Shown here piece after piece: positions 1-8,988 of a stretch of DNA of 55,285 nucleotides (position 1 is its first letter; each line of letters starts with the position of its first letter). The stretch is from the NCBI GenBank assembly GCA_037128175.1, contig JBAXWY010000015.1, positions 1 through 55,285 of the forward strand. The letters run 5' to 3'. The position numbers and the translations under genes were made by a program. The DNA is from Methanothrix sp. (GTDB lineage: Archaea > Halobacteriota > Methanosarcinia > Methanotrichales > Methanotrichaceae). The notes under the pieces were generated by a model. That model had not been told where the DNA came from. It ran no database searches and saw only the letters and a program-made list of their open reading frames with translations.

Positions 1-189
1 AAAAACGCACTTTTCTCGGAGGTTTCTCTTAAATGCCAGTAAATAGGAATCCTCTCTTGTTTCTAGAAATACTAAAAACATTTTTTAAAAAAGCAAAGCT
101 ATATGCTACTAAAAATCTCTAACCGCGCCCTTCAAGCTTTACCGCAAGAAAGGCGCTGGTGAATTGCCATTAAATTTGGCGTGTGAGAC

Positions 190-825
190 TTAAGATTGGG
201 CTGTCGGAGCTTCCTGCACTGGAGAAGGCGTTGCTGTTGCCATAACCGGCTCGGACTTGATCTCGGTCTTGCGCACTTCCACGCGCCTGAGGGGATAGAT
301 TGCCTTGGCTTCTTTGTAGATATCCAAAGAGATCTTGCCACCCACAGCTTCCTGGATCAACTGGTTTAAGTCCAGACTCTTTGACCTCTCTAAGACGACC
401 CTCTTGGAGAGTTCTCTGATGCTCTTGACCTGATTGGCCCGCGCCCTCTTCACTGTGAAGCAGCTGGGCTTGACCCGGACATGGTAGCCATCAGTGGTGA
501 TTACGTCCACAATGGAGTCAATTCTTGATGTCCTTCTCTTGACCAGTGAGCGTACATAATCCGTGGTCATCTCATGGCCCAGGAACTTAGTGTATGCCGA
601 ATCTCCGGCCACACGATCTACTTTAAACTTGAGCTTGGTGTTCTGCTTAGAGAAGTTGTTAGTGAGGTCTCCCAGTGTGGTCTCAACGATCCTTCCCACG
701 ACCCTCTCCGGATCGTTGGCGACCGTCTCGCCAAAGGGAACTCTGCCGAACATCTCCGGACTTACAACCTTATACCATTGCTTGGCCTTTCTGCTCTCGG
801 CCTTTCTTTGTGATCTTCTTGCCAA
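190..825 (-). CDS. rps3ae: 30S ribosomal protein S3Ae (eS1)
   Basis: 211 aa; KQWYKVVSPEMFG, GRIVETTL.DL, GHEMTTDYVRSLVKRRTSRID and IYPLRRVEVRK motifs of archaeal S3Ae; TTG start after GGAGG. Confidence 0.97.
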   Translation of the reverse strand: MARRSQRKAESRKAKQWYKVVSPEMFGRVPFGETVANDPERVVGRIVETTLGDLTNNFSKQNTKLKFKVDRVAGDSAYTKFLGHEMTTDYVRSLVKRRTSRIDSIVDVITTDGYHVRVKPSCFTVKRARANQVKSIRELSKRVVLERSKSLDLNQLIQEAVGGKISLDIYKEAKAIYPLRRVEVRKTEIKSEPVMATATPSPVQEAPTAQS

Positions 826-872
826 TAAACATCCTCCGAGGTAATATCAATCCGAACATCGTTCAAGCTCAC

Positions 873-890
873 GGTATTTAAACCGATCGC
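873..890 (-). promoter_or_regulatory. Probable TATA box for rps3ae
   Basis: Minus strand reads CGGTTTAAATACC about 50 nt upstream of the start codon. Confidence 0.5.
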
Positions 891-906
891 CCAAAAAAGA
901 TGAGAA

Positions 907-2493
907 CTAGTCTGCCGGCCAGACATAGATGTAAATGTAGTTGGACCAATCATTGCTGTGGTAGCTGAGTATATGCCAGCCGGGATTATTTCCCTTAAAC
1001 CAGGTCTGGTACCATCCGGTGCTTTTGTAGCCGAAATTTTTGACCTCAGGCGGGCAATAGTAGCTTGGCCCGCTGCTGCATGCCGTCCACTCAAAGGACC
1101 AATATGCACCCGGTCGGCTTACTTTGGACCAGAGGGGCAGCCATCCCCCACAGAATACGCCTGCCACTGTTGCCAGCCTTCCTGGGCAGCTCTGCACGTA
1201 GTACTCATTGCATTTGCAAATGGATGGCACAGGATAGACGGCCTGGTAGCTTTGCGTAGCGTAGCCGTAGGGCGCGCTTTGGCTTGCTGGGGTGGCGCAG
1301 GTGGGGCAGCTCTTCTCATAGGGATAGCTGCTGGAAACGCCGCCTGCAATTAAGGTGGAGCTTGTACAGGTAGTGCAGGTTTTGCGAGAAGAACTTGCCT
1401 GGCCGGGAAGACTTGCTGCACCAGGATATGCGGCTTGATCCGGATAGCTTATCAAAGCTGGATTTGCTATCGCGGGATTTTCGAATAGTCCCGTTCCGCT
1501 TGATGAAACGGGAACATTAAACGAACCCGGATAAGCAGCCGGCTGGGTGCTCTCCTGGACAGGGTAACTGTAACCGTTCTGAGAAGACTGGTCAGGCCTG
1601 TAAAGGTTGAAATCAGGCAGAACTATCCTTTCGGCGCCTGGATCAGGAGGAATGGGCGCATCCAAGGGCAGGGATGCTGCGCTCACGCTTGCCGCAGCAT
1701 TTGAGTAGCTTGATGGCGCAGATAGAGGAGCACTTCTGGGATACACATAAATGTAGATGTAGTTGGACCAGATGCCGCTGTTGTAGCAGAGGATATGCCA
1801 TCCGGGGACATCTCCGCAAAACCAGCCCTTTTTCCAGCCCGTCCCCGTCCAGCCCCACCATCGTACTGAAGCAGTGGCCCGTCCGGGATACCATTCGTAG
1901 ACAAAGAAGTTGCCGCTTGATTTGATATCCGCCCAAAGGGGCAGATAGCCTCGATAGCTGCATCCCCCCATCGTTCTAAAGCCGGAGGCAGTCTGGACAA
2001 AAAATCTGTTGGCGGAAACCACGGAACTGGGATAATACCAGATGCTAGAACCGGGCAACGCCGCCTGAACTGTAGACTGCATTGAAGACTGAACAGGCGC
2101 GGACATTACCTGGGCCGTATCGACCGGCTGTAAGGCAGACACGAAGCCCAAACTCGCATCAGGAGCGAAGCTCTCCATTTGCGGCTGCGAGAGTCCCAGC
2201 TCCTCTGCCGTCATTTGCTCTTGCATTGGCCCGCCGATCTGCGGGGCCGGGTAAGCGGATTTTTGGCTCAGTGAGGGATCTTGATAATTGCCATAAGACG
2301 ATAATGATGGCTGGTTTAACGATGCCTGGCTTGATAGCCCAGGCAGGTAAGAATTTGTATCCATGCCGGCCAAAGAGCTTTGCTCCGGCTGAATAGTAGC
2401 GGCTGTATCCGATACACCCACATCGCCTACTGCACCTAAGGCGGCGTTAATCATGACTAAAAACATGACCGATAACGTAAGATAAAGCTTCAT
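907..2493 (-). CDS. Secreted hypothetical protein with two copies of a Trp/Tyr-rich domain joined by S/P/Q-rich linkers
   Basis: Signal peptide MKLYLTLSVMFLVMINAALGA (ATG 2493; ORF open to 2529); motif LPLW...EW...GW...WF.G..PGWHIL.Y....WSNYIYIYV occurs twice. Confidence 0.75.
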   Translation of the reverse strand: MKLYLTLSVMFLVMINAALGAVGDVGVSDTAATIQPEQSSLAGMDTNSYLPGLSSQASLNQPSLSSYGNYQDPSLSQKSAYPAPQIGGPMQEQMTAEELGLSQPQMESFAPDASLGFVSALQPVDTAQVMSAPVQSSMQSTVQAALPGSSIWYYPSSVVSANRFFVQTASGFRTMGGCSYRGYLPLWADIKSSGNFFVYEWYPGRATASVRWWGWTGTGWKKGWFCGDVPGWHILCYNSGIWSNYIYIYVYPRSAPLSAPSSYSNAAASVSAASLPLDAPIPPDPGAERIVLPDFNLYRPDQSSQNGYSYPVQESTQPAAYPGSFNVPVSSSGTGLFENPAIANPALISYPDQAAYPGAASLPGQASSSRKTCTTCTSSTLIAGGVSSSYPYEKSCPTCATPASQSAPYGYATQSYQAVYPVPSICKCNEYYVQSCPGRLATVAGVFCGGWLPLWSKVSRPGAYWSFEWTACSSGPSYYCPPEVKNFGYKSTGWYQTWFKGNNPGWHILSYHSNDWSNYIYIYVWPAD

Positions 2494-2686
2494 ACACCCC
2501 ACCTCTCCCCAAGGGTTTGCTTTCTCCATTTCTCCATTCCTTTTTAGCGCGCTCTATCTATTTAATACTTGGCTTATGGTTCCGAGAGCAGGAAGCCAAT
2601 TAGTTTATTATAATAATATTTGTCCCGCTAATTCGCTTACATAAATAGAAAAAATATTAACTAAAAAATATAGTGGTCCTGGCAAG

Positions 2687-3451
2687 CTATTGACTACGGC
2701 TACAGCTCCAGTTGCTTCTCACCATCTCTGCCAGACGAGGATTGTCAAACTGATTGTAGATATCCAGATCGGTAGTATAACCTATAAAGGGATCTATGGT
2801 GCCCTTCTCCAGGTTCATTATCCAGATCTTAAGACCTTTATCCTCTGCTGCCTGCCCATTCTCTTGGAAGAACTGCATAAATGGCTCGACGGTCTCGCTG
2901 CTTGCCACCAGGATAATATAATCGGACTCCGGCTCGGGATTGTAATTATTGATATCCAGGGACTTTATGCTCGTGACTACAAACACCTTTGCGTTCCGTT
3001 TTTCGGCTGAAAATGTCAACTCTTGCCGGTTCTGTGCACGAATGGTGTACCCGGCGTCATTCATGAAATTTGTCAGTCGATCCACCAGGCACTGTTGCAT
3101 GATGATCTTCAGCTCGGGAAGATTTCGAAGAAGCATGCCGGCTGCATCAGCGAAGGCCTCTTTGCTGTATTTCTTGGTGTGCGAAAAATGGAAGATGCGG
3201 CCATCAATTTGGGTGTAGGAATCAAGCATGGGCAGGTCGAATAATATGGGCTCTTTGCCCATGATACCGGCAAAGATAGAGGGGGCAATTCTCTCGCCAA
3301 CCGTTTTACATAGCTCCATTCGCTCCTTGTCGCTTAATTTTGCTGATCGAACGATATCGTAGGTGCGAAGGAGAAGCTCACACCTGGCAATGATACCCCT
3401 CTCGTGGAGCAGCTCTCGGAGAGGACCGGCTATTTTTTCAATTTTTGTCAT
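2687..3451 (-). CDS. Hypothetical protein
   Basis: 254 aa ORF overlapping the mptA stop, normal protein composition; no family recognised. Confidence 0.75.
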   Translation of the reverse strand: MTKIEKIAGPLRELLHERGIIARCELLLRTYDIVRSAKLSDKERMELCKTVGERIAPSIFAGIMGKEPILFDLPMLDSYTQIDGRIFHFSHTKKYSKEAFADAAGMLLRNLPELKIIMQQCLVDRLTNFMNDAGYTIRAQNRQELTFSAEKRNAKVFVVTSIKSLDINNYNPEPESDYIILVASSETVEPFMQFFQENGQAAEDKGLKIWIMNLEKGTIDPFIGYTTDLDIYNQFDNPRLAEMVRSNWSCSRSQ

Positions 3452-4415
3452 TATCAGTCCCTTTTTCGTTAACTCTGGCTAATTCCATTCTTAGCTCGCC
3501 CATCTTGGCCGTTCTCTCCGCAAAGGCATTGTGCTGGTGAATGCTTTCCTCGTTGATCTGCTTTAAGGTCACAGCAGCGTCATCAGGAAGATCGGAAAAT
3601 GCCTCGACCAGCTTCTGGGCCATAGTTCGAACGCAATCCTCCACGAACTTCGGGTTGCTGTGCGCCCTCTTTACCACCACGGCCTCGTCCGGACGCTTGA
3701 GCAGCCCATAGACTTTAGAACTCATGGACTCTTCAATGATCTTAATGATCCTGTCGATGGAAACGCAGCGCCGGTCATGAACCTCTACGGATATGCTGCC
3801 CCGGCCACGTTGATTGTGCGTGGCCACGGGCAGCCGCTCCGCGAGTTTTGCGGCCGCTTCCAGAGAGAGCCCTGCTTTGGCCAGCTCCTGGCGAACCTCT
3901 TCTTTCATGATCTCCTGGGCGCAAGGGCATGCCGTCATGCCTAAAACCTCAGCCCCTACCGTCTTTCGCACGTATCCGGCGGGCCCGGCCCTGGCCACGG
4001 CCTCGGCAAAGATGTCCACTACCTCCTGGCAGTTGACCTTTGTCACCGGCGTTTGTCTACGCACAATGTACTCGCTTTTCATTTTTACTTCCGCCCGGGA
4101 AGCGTACTCATGCCGGGAAAGAAGTCTCTTGGCAATCTCTCCACATAGCTCCTCGATCTCATAGACAGGGCAGTTTATGGCCTCTTCCAAAACCTCGTCT
4201 ATCACCTCAAAGTTGCGGGAGAGATTGGCCCCTTTGCGGTCAGAGGGAAGATCGACAAATACCTCAAAATTGGAGATGAGAACTACGGGCCTCTCATCGT
4301 TCCCACGTTCAACTTTCACCAGCTTTTTAACGCCGGTCACTCCCACTCTGGTTAAATTGAAGGGATAATCAGGCTCGCACGCTTGAATATCAGGTAGGCT
4401 ATCCACTAATTTCAC
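3438..4415 (-). CDS. mptA: GTP cyclohydrolase IV (MptA/FolE2 family)
   Basis: [45 protein letters not shown] and ESIHQHNA motifs. Confidence 0.95.
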   Translation of the reverse strand: MKLVDSLPDIQACEPDYPFNLTRVGVTGVKKLVKVERGNDERPVVLISNFEVFVDLPSDRKGANLSRNFEVIDEVLEEAINCPVYEIEELCGEIAKRLLSRHEYASRAEVKMKSEYIVRRQTPVTKVNCQEVVDIFAEAVARAGPAGYVRKTVGAEVLGMTACPCAQEIMKEEVRQELAKAGLSLEAAAKLAERLPVATHNQRGRGSISVEVHDRRCVSIDRIIKIIEESMSSKVYGLLKRPDEAVVVKRAHSNPKFVEDCVRTMAQKLVEAFSDLPDDAAVTLKQINEESIHQHNAFAERTAKMGELRMELARVNEKGTDNDKN

Positions 4416-4642
4416 CTTGGGCTCGATTCCTCATCACGGTCTTCGAGCGACTCGTCCTCTATCTCGTCAATGCGAGAGATGAGCCTGTCTACTTCTAGCA
4501 TTATCTCCTCCAGCGTATTGCTGATCCGCTGGTGGCGTTCATCCGAGATACAAAAAGACCGTTCTAGCTCCGCTAACAGCTCCTCATCGCCCATATCGAG
4601 CATCTTGCATATCTTTTTCTCGACATCCTTTGCATCGGGCAT
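4412..4642 (-). CDS. Small acidic helical hypothetical protein
   Basis: 76 aa; stop overlaps the mptA GTG start (GTGA coupling). Confidence 0.65.
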   Translation of the reverse strand: MPDAKDVEKKICKMLDMGDEELLAELERSFCISDERHQRISNTLEEIMLEVDRLISRIDEIEDESLEDRDEESSPR

Positions 4643-4735
4643 GAGGTTTTATTTAGCACGAACATATTTGAGACTTTGCTCAGCGGTCAGATATATCTAT
4701 GCGTAGGACCCACCCTAAGATAAGGAGTTCTACTG

Positions 4736-5377
4736 ATGATCAAGCGTTGCCCTCAACATGGTTTTTTCAGGGGAGAGCATTGTGAGTGCGGCTCTGCCGG
4801 TCAGCTTCTTTTGGACGAGACCAAGACGGAGCAGCTAGGTCGGCTGGTCGCGGGCAGTCTCCGGCATTTTCCTGGTGATCTGGGCCTGGACATGGACTCC
4901 CGCGGTTGGGTTGATCTCACAAAGCTTGGCCAGGTGGTGACGAGCAGGCATCGCTGGGCCGGCAAAGAATTGGTGATTGCGCTCGTACTGTCGGATTCCA
5001 AGCAGAGATACGAGATTGCCGACGACAAAGTCAGAGCCAGATATGGCCATTCTGTAGATGTGGAGCTTGATCACCCGGAAAATAAGCTACCTTTACTCTA
5101 CTACGGGGCAAGTGAAGAGGAGGCGGACCGCATCCTGGAGATCGGCATCAAGTCTGCATCGCAAAGGTACGTTCATCTATCTACCACTGCCGAGAAGGCC
5201 TGGCACGTGGCGACTTTCCGCACCGGCAACCCCAGAGTGATCCAGGCGGATGCCGCCGCAGCGCAGGAGGCCGGTGTGAAGATGATGACCGTGAACGACG
5301 ATATCGTCATCTCGGAGACGATTCCGTCCCGGTTTCTTTGCATCCTTGCCGCCAAGGACATTGTCAAGAATATCTAG
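4736..5377 (+). CDS. kptA: RNA 2'-phosphotransferase (Tpt1/KptA)
   Basis: LRH.P, SDSKQRY, RARYGHS and RYVHLS motifs; N-terminal CPQHG...CECG putative zinc site. Confidence 0.93.
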   Translation: MIKRCPQHGFFRGEHCECGSAGQLLLDETKTEQLGRLVAGSLRHFPGDLGLDMDSRGWVDLTKLGQVVTSRHRWAGKELVIALVLSDSKQRYEIADDKVRARYGHSVDVELDHPENKLPLLYYGASEEEADRILEIGIKSASQRYVHLSTTAEKAWHVATFRTGNPRVIQADAAAAQEAGVKMMTVNDDIVISETIPSRFLCILAAKDIVKNI

Positions 5378-5381
5378 AACT

Positions 5382-5993
5382 CTAGCGGCCGAAGCGTCTC
5401 TCCCTTCGCTGGCAGTCCCGAATGGCACGCAGAAAATCGATCTTTCTCAAATCCAGCCAGTTGACATCGGTAAAATAAAGTTCTGAATAGGCTGCCTGCC
5501 AGATCATGAAGTCGCTCAGTCTCTTTCCGCCCGCCCTTATCACCAGATCGGGCTTCTGGGGAAAACGAAGATGCGATTCTATAGTTTTTTCGTCGATCTG
5601 CTCGGGATAAAGAAGCCCCATTTCCACGTCCCGGAGAAGACCTCGGAATGCCTCGGCCACCTCGCGCTTGCCTCCATAGCCCAGAGATATTACTACCTTG
5701 AGCGGGCCGCCGCTGCCAGTTTGCAAAACACCCTCTCTAGTATGCAAGCTGATTTGGGCGGGCGTCGCAGAGAGTTGGGAGGCAATCTTGCTTCTAAGCG
5801 CGGACGCATCATCGTTTACATAGAGCATCAGGGAGGTAAGACCAATGGAACGGCTCCATTCCAAGAGCTCGCAAAGTCGCACCAGACCATCATCGAATAG
5901 ATCGCCACAGCTGAGAACAACGGCTACACAGCCGGGCAGATTGCTTTTTGCGATCCGCATTTGCAGGAGATGCTCGTAGAGGCGGTAAATCAT
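5382..5993 (-). CDS. cis-prenyltransferase (UppS family) homolog, probably catalytically degenerate
   Basis: GYGGKREV, PDLVIRAGGKRLSDFMIWQAAYSELYF and RERRFGR; lacks the N-terminal IMDGNRR motif; start inferred. Confidence 0.85.
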   Translation of the reverse strand: MIYRLYEHLLQMRIAKSNLPGCVAVVLSCGDLFDDGLVRLCELLEWSRSIGLTSLMLYVNDDASALRSKIASQLSATPAQISLHTREGVLQTGSGGPLKVVISLGYGGKREVAEAFRGLLRDVEMGLLYPEQIDEKTIESHLRFPQKPDLVIRAGGKRLSDFMIWQAAYSELYFTDVNWLDLRKIDFLRAIRDCQRRERRFGR

Positions 5994-6057
5994 AATTGGT
6001 CTTAACGAATCTTCCATAGGCAAAGTATTTTTGCAATGAAAATTGTCATGTAGTTTC

Positions 6058-7263
6058 ATGGAGCGGGAAGATATCGCCCGGATGGCCATCGGACTGATGG
6101 TCCTGCTGCTGCCTTATGCCGGAGCCTTCACCGTCCTTCCCCTGGCAGCGGTATTCTTACTGAACCGCGGCTCCCGCCTTCTCTGCGCGTCCCTGGCCAT
6201 GCTGCTCATCATGAGGCCGGCGCTTTCCCTTACTGATACCAATCTGCCGCTTTATGTCATAGCCATCTCCTTTGTGGCTTCTACCTTTGCCCCTCTCGCC
6301 TTCAAAAAGTTCGATTCCCTGGCGGGCAGCATCATGTATCTGCTCATCAACGTATGCCTCGGCTATCCCGTCGCGAGCCTGATCTCGGGGGGCAGCCTCT
6401 CCTCGGAGAGGATATTGTTCCTGGTCATCTTGGGAGGGCTATCCGGCGCCTTTTTGCACCATGTCTCCAAAGAGCGCGACTTCACAGTGCCCTTTGGCAC
6501 CGCTATGGTGATGTGGCTTTTTTCCTTCGACTATCCGCTGCCTGAGCTGCCGCGCATTCTGCTCATCTGCATCTTCGCCCTGGTTCTAGGCATCGGTGCT
6601 TATTGGGCGAAAGCGGCGGACTCGGATGCCGTGCTCAGCGAGACCATCGTCTGCCTGCTGGTGATCCTCTTTGCCGGACTCTCCTGGTTTATCCTGCTCT
6701 TAGCCTTCTATTTGCTGGGGGGAGCTTTTACTCGCTATGGATATTCCCAAAAGCATAAGCTTGGCATTGCGCAGTCCCATGGAGGGCGTCGCGGCTACAA
6801 GAACGTCTACAGCAACAGCCTGGTGCCTCTTGTTCTGGCCATCTGCTTCGGAGTTTACGGCAATGATGTCTTCATCTTTGCCTTCATTGCCTCGGTGGCG
6901 ACCGCCAACGGGGATACTCTGGCCAGCGAGATTGGCGAGACCAGCCGCTCCAAACCCCGCATGATTACCACGCTTAAAGAGACACAGCCGGGCGTGGACG
7001 GAGGCGTGACGCCTTTGGGCGAAGCCGCTTCACTTGCCGGAGCCATCATCATCGGTCTATTAGCCACCGGCATGGGAATGGCGGGCGTTTTTGGCATCGT
7101 CGTTGCGGCCATTGGGGGATTCTTGGGCACCAACTTCGACAGCCTTCTCGGGGCAACGCTGCAAAGCCGGGGCATTCTGAGCAACAATGGTGTGAATCTG
7201 GTGGCAACGGCCTTCGGCGCTCTGGTGGGGGGCGTCCTCTGGTACATTCTACAAATTATTTAG
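6058..7263 (+). CDS. DUF92 / TIGR00297 family membrane protein
   Basis: Multiple TM segments; GGRRGYKNVYSN, DTLASEIG, PGVDGGVTPLG and DSLLGATLQ motifs. Confidence 0.9.
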   Translation: MEREDIARMAIGLMVLLLPYAGAFTVLPLAAVFLLNRGSRLLCASLAMLLIMRPALSLTDTNLPLYVIAISFVASTFAPLAFKKFDSLAGSIMYLLINVCLGYPVASLISGGSLSSERILFLVILGGLSGAFLHHVSKERDFTVPFGTAMVMWLFSFDYPLPELPRILLICIFALVLGIGAYWAKAADSDAVLSETIVCLLVILFAGLSWFILLLAFYLLGGAFTRYGYSQKHKLGIAQSHGGRRGYKNVYSNSLVPLVLAICFGVYGNDVFIFAFIASVATANGDTLASEIGETSRSKPRMITTLKETQPGVDGGVTPLGEAASLAGAIIIGLLATGMGMAGVFGIVVAAIGGFLGTNFDSLLGATLQSRGILSNNGVNLVATAFGALVGGVLWYILQII

Positions 7264-7272
7264 GAAATAATT

Positions 7273-8103
7273 ATGAAAATATTCGGAATCTTTGGCTACC
7301 CAATAGAGCACAGCCTCTCCCCAGCAATGCAAAACGCTGCCCTGAGGGCGCTCGGTGAAGATGCCTGCTATCATGCCTTTCGCGTCGCCCAGGAGGATCT
7401 GGAAGATGCCCTTCTGGGGGCCGCTGCCATGGGCTTTTCCGGACTGAATCTGACCATTCCCTTGAAAGAAAAGGCGCTGGAGTTTGATTTCTTGCAGCCC
7501 GATCCTCTCGCCAAGGCCATTGGCGCGGTGAACACGGTGAGCTTCTCCGGGCCGCAGGCAATGGCAGGCTACAACACAGACGGATGGGGCGCGCTCCTGG
7601 CACTACAGGATGCAGGCGTTGAGATCCAGGGCAAGAGCGTGCTGATAGTAGGGGCAGGAGGCGCGGCGCGGGCTATTGCCTACACCCTGGAGCAGGAAGG
7701 GGCGGAGATCGCAATCGCGAACCGCAGCCTGAAGAGGGCAGAAGAGCTGGCGGCCCAAGTGGGAGCCAGGGGCTTTTGCCTGTGCGATCTGCAAAAGCTC
7801 GTCCCTCAGGCGGACATAATAATAAACTGCACATCGGTAGGCATGCGCGAGGGGGACGCCAGGCTGCTGGAGGGAAGGCTCCTGCAAAGCCACCAGGCAG
7901 TCTTTGATATCGTCTACAACAGGGAGACAGAGCTGCTCCAGGACGCTCGCGCCGCCGGGGCGGTGGCCGTGGACGGAGTGATGATGCTGGTCTACCAGGG
8001 AGCCAAGGCTCTGCAGATCTGGACAGGCAAGAAGGCTCCGGTGGATGTGATGGAAAGGGCGGTTCGAGAGGCTCTGCTGGCCAGGCAGGCTGGAGAGGGA
8101 TGA
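7273..8103 (+). CDS. aroE: Shikimate dehydrogenase
   Basis: GYPIEHSLSPAMQN, NLTIPLKE, GAVNT, NTDG, GAGGAARA and GVMMLVYQGA. Confidence 0.97.
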   Translation: MKIFGIFGYPIEHSLSPAMQNAALRALGEDACYHAFRVAQEDLEDALLGAAAMGFSGLNLTIPLKEKALEFDFLQPDPLAKAIGAVNTVSFSGPQAMAGYNTDGWGALLALQDAGVEIQGKSVLIVGAGGAARAIAYTLEQEGAEIAIANRSLKRAEELAAQVGARGFCLCDLQKLVPQADIIINCTSVGMREGDARLLEGRLLQSHQAVFDIVYNRETELLQDARAAGAVAVDGVMMLVYQGAKALQIWTGKKAPVDVMERAVREALLARQAGEG

Positions 8104-8111
8104 AAAGGAAA

Positions 8112-8370
8112 AATAATCGAGTCCTCTGTGAGTCCTCCGTGCGCTCTGTGCCTTCGGTGGTGGTAGTAGGATCGTCAGCCGTTTGTTATAACCAGTGGCT
8201 AACGACGTTTCAACCACAGAGCTCACAGAGAACGCACAGAGAAACGCCAAGTCGTCTTTGTGTCTTTGTGCCTTTGTGCCTTTGTGGTGAGGGTGGGTAG
8301 TAAGCTCTAATCCCACATTCCTACCTAAAAAAACCAAACCACAAAGGACGCACAAAGAAACGACCATAAC
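8112..8370. repeat. REP-like palindromic element, family A (ACCACAGAG/ACCACAAAG arms), copy 1
   Basis: Tandem 8-10 nt units CTCTGTG / CACAGAG and CTTTGTG / CACAAAG in inverted arrangement; shares start AATAATCGAGTC and end ACCATAA with 30675-30900. Confidence 0.75.
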
Positions 8371-8385
8371 TTAAGACCACACTTG

Positions 8386-8466
8386 ATACTGATTTTGGGA
8401 AGCACGGGCGAGACTGGTTCCTGGTTTGCCCGCTACTTCAAGGAAAAGGGCTTTAATGTGGTGGTC
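8386..8466 (+). pseudogene. Orphan duplicate of the 5' end of tyrA (left junction of island)
   Basis: 81 nt matching 16090-16170 at 71/81 positions; encodes ILILGSTGETGSWFARYFKEKGFNVVV. Confidence 0.9.
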
Positions 8467-8988
8467 AAGGCCGGGCGATGCAATGAAAAAACGCCCTGCG
8501 GTTTTTGCGGCCTCTTGTCCCTGCGCCTCTCAGGATTACGGGGAGCATCGAACTCTCGCTGCCTTGTGTCATGCTCTTGCGGGACTACTAAACTCTGTTT
8601 TCACGGATAGGCGATCCTAGCAATTTCGAGACGCTACCGGGCTACTTTACGGGGTCTATATGATTGGAATGCGCATCATACCGATAAGCCAAATTTTGAT
8701 TTAAAAAACTGTCCAAAACATGTCTTATTGATAGCGATGTTCGTAAAGATATACTAATACGATATGGATATTGGGCTACCATGCGACACAAGATCTCCTC
8801 ACATATCCTACCCCGAACCATCGGTATAATGTTGGTCTAATTTTTTAAAAACTATGTCGTACAATAACCTTAATAATTTGATGATCTATCGGATAAAGAG
8901 AACGACGTACAATCGCTCGTAAGGTTAAATCAATTGGTAATGGGGGGGTATTAATATAAAATTAAAATTATTATTAATATCATTTATT

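Noticed and set aside
7603-8367. 254-aa minus-strand ORF and other long shadow ORFs (e.g. 23948-24694, 26629-27366, 43477-44220, 51247-52059)
   Set aside because: Antisense or off-frame shadows of well-supported GC-rich genes, with no protein motifs
8112-8370. Possible CRISPR array (also 30675-30900)
   Set aside because: Units are 8-10 nt, inverted and lack unique spacers; no cas genes
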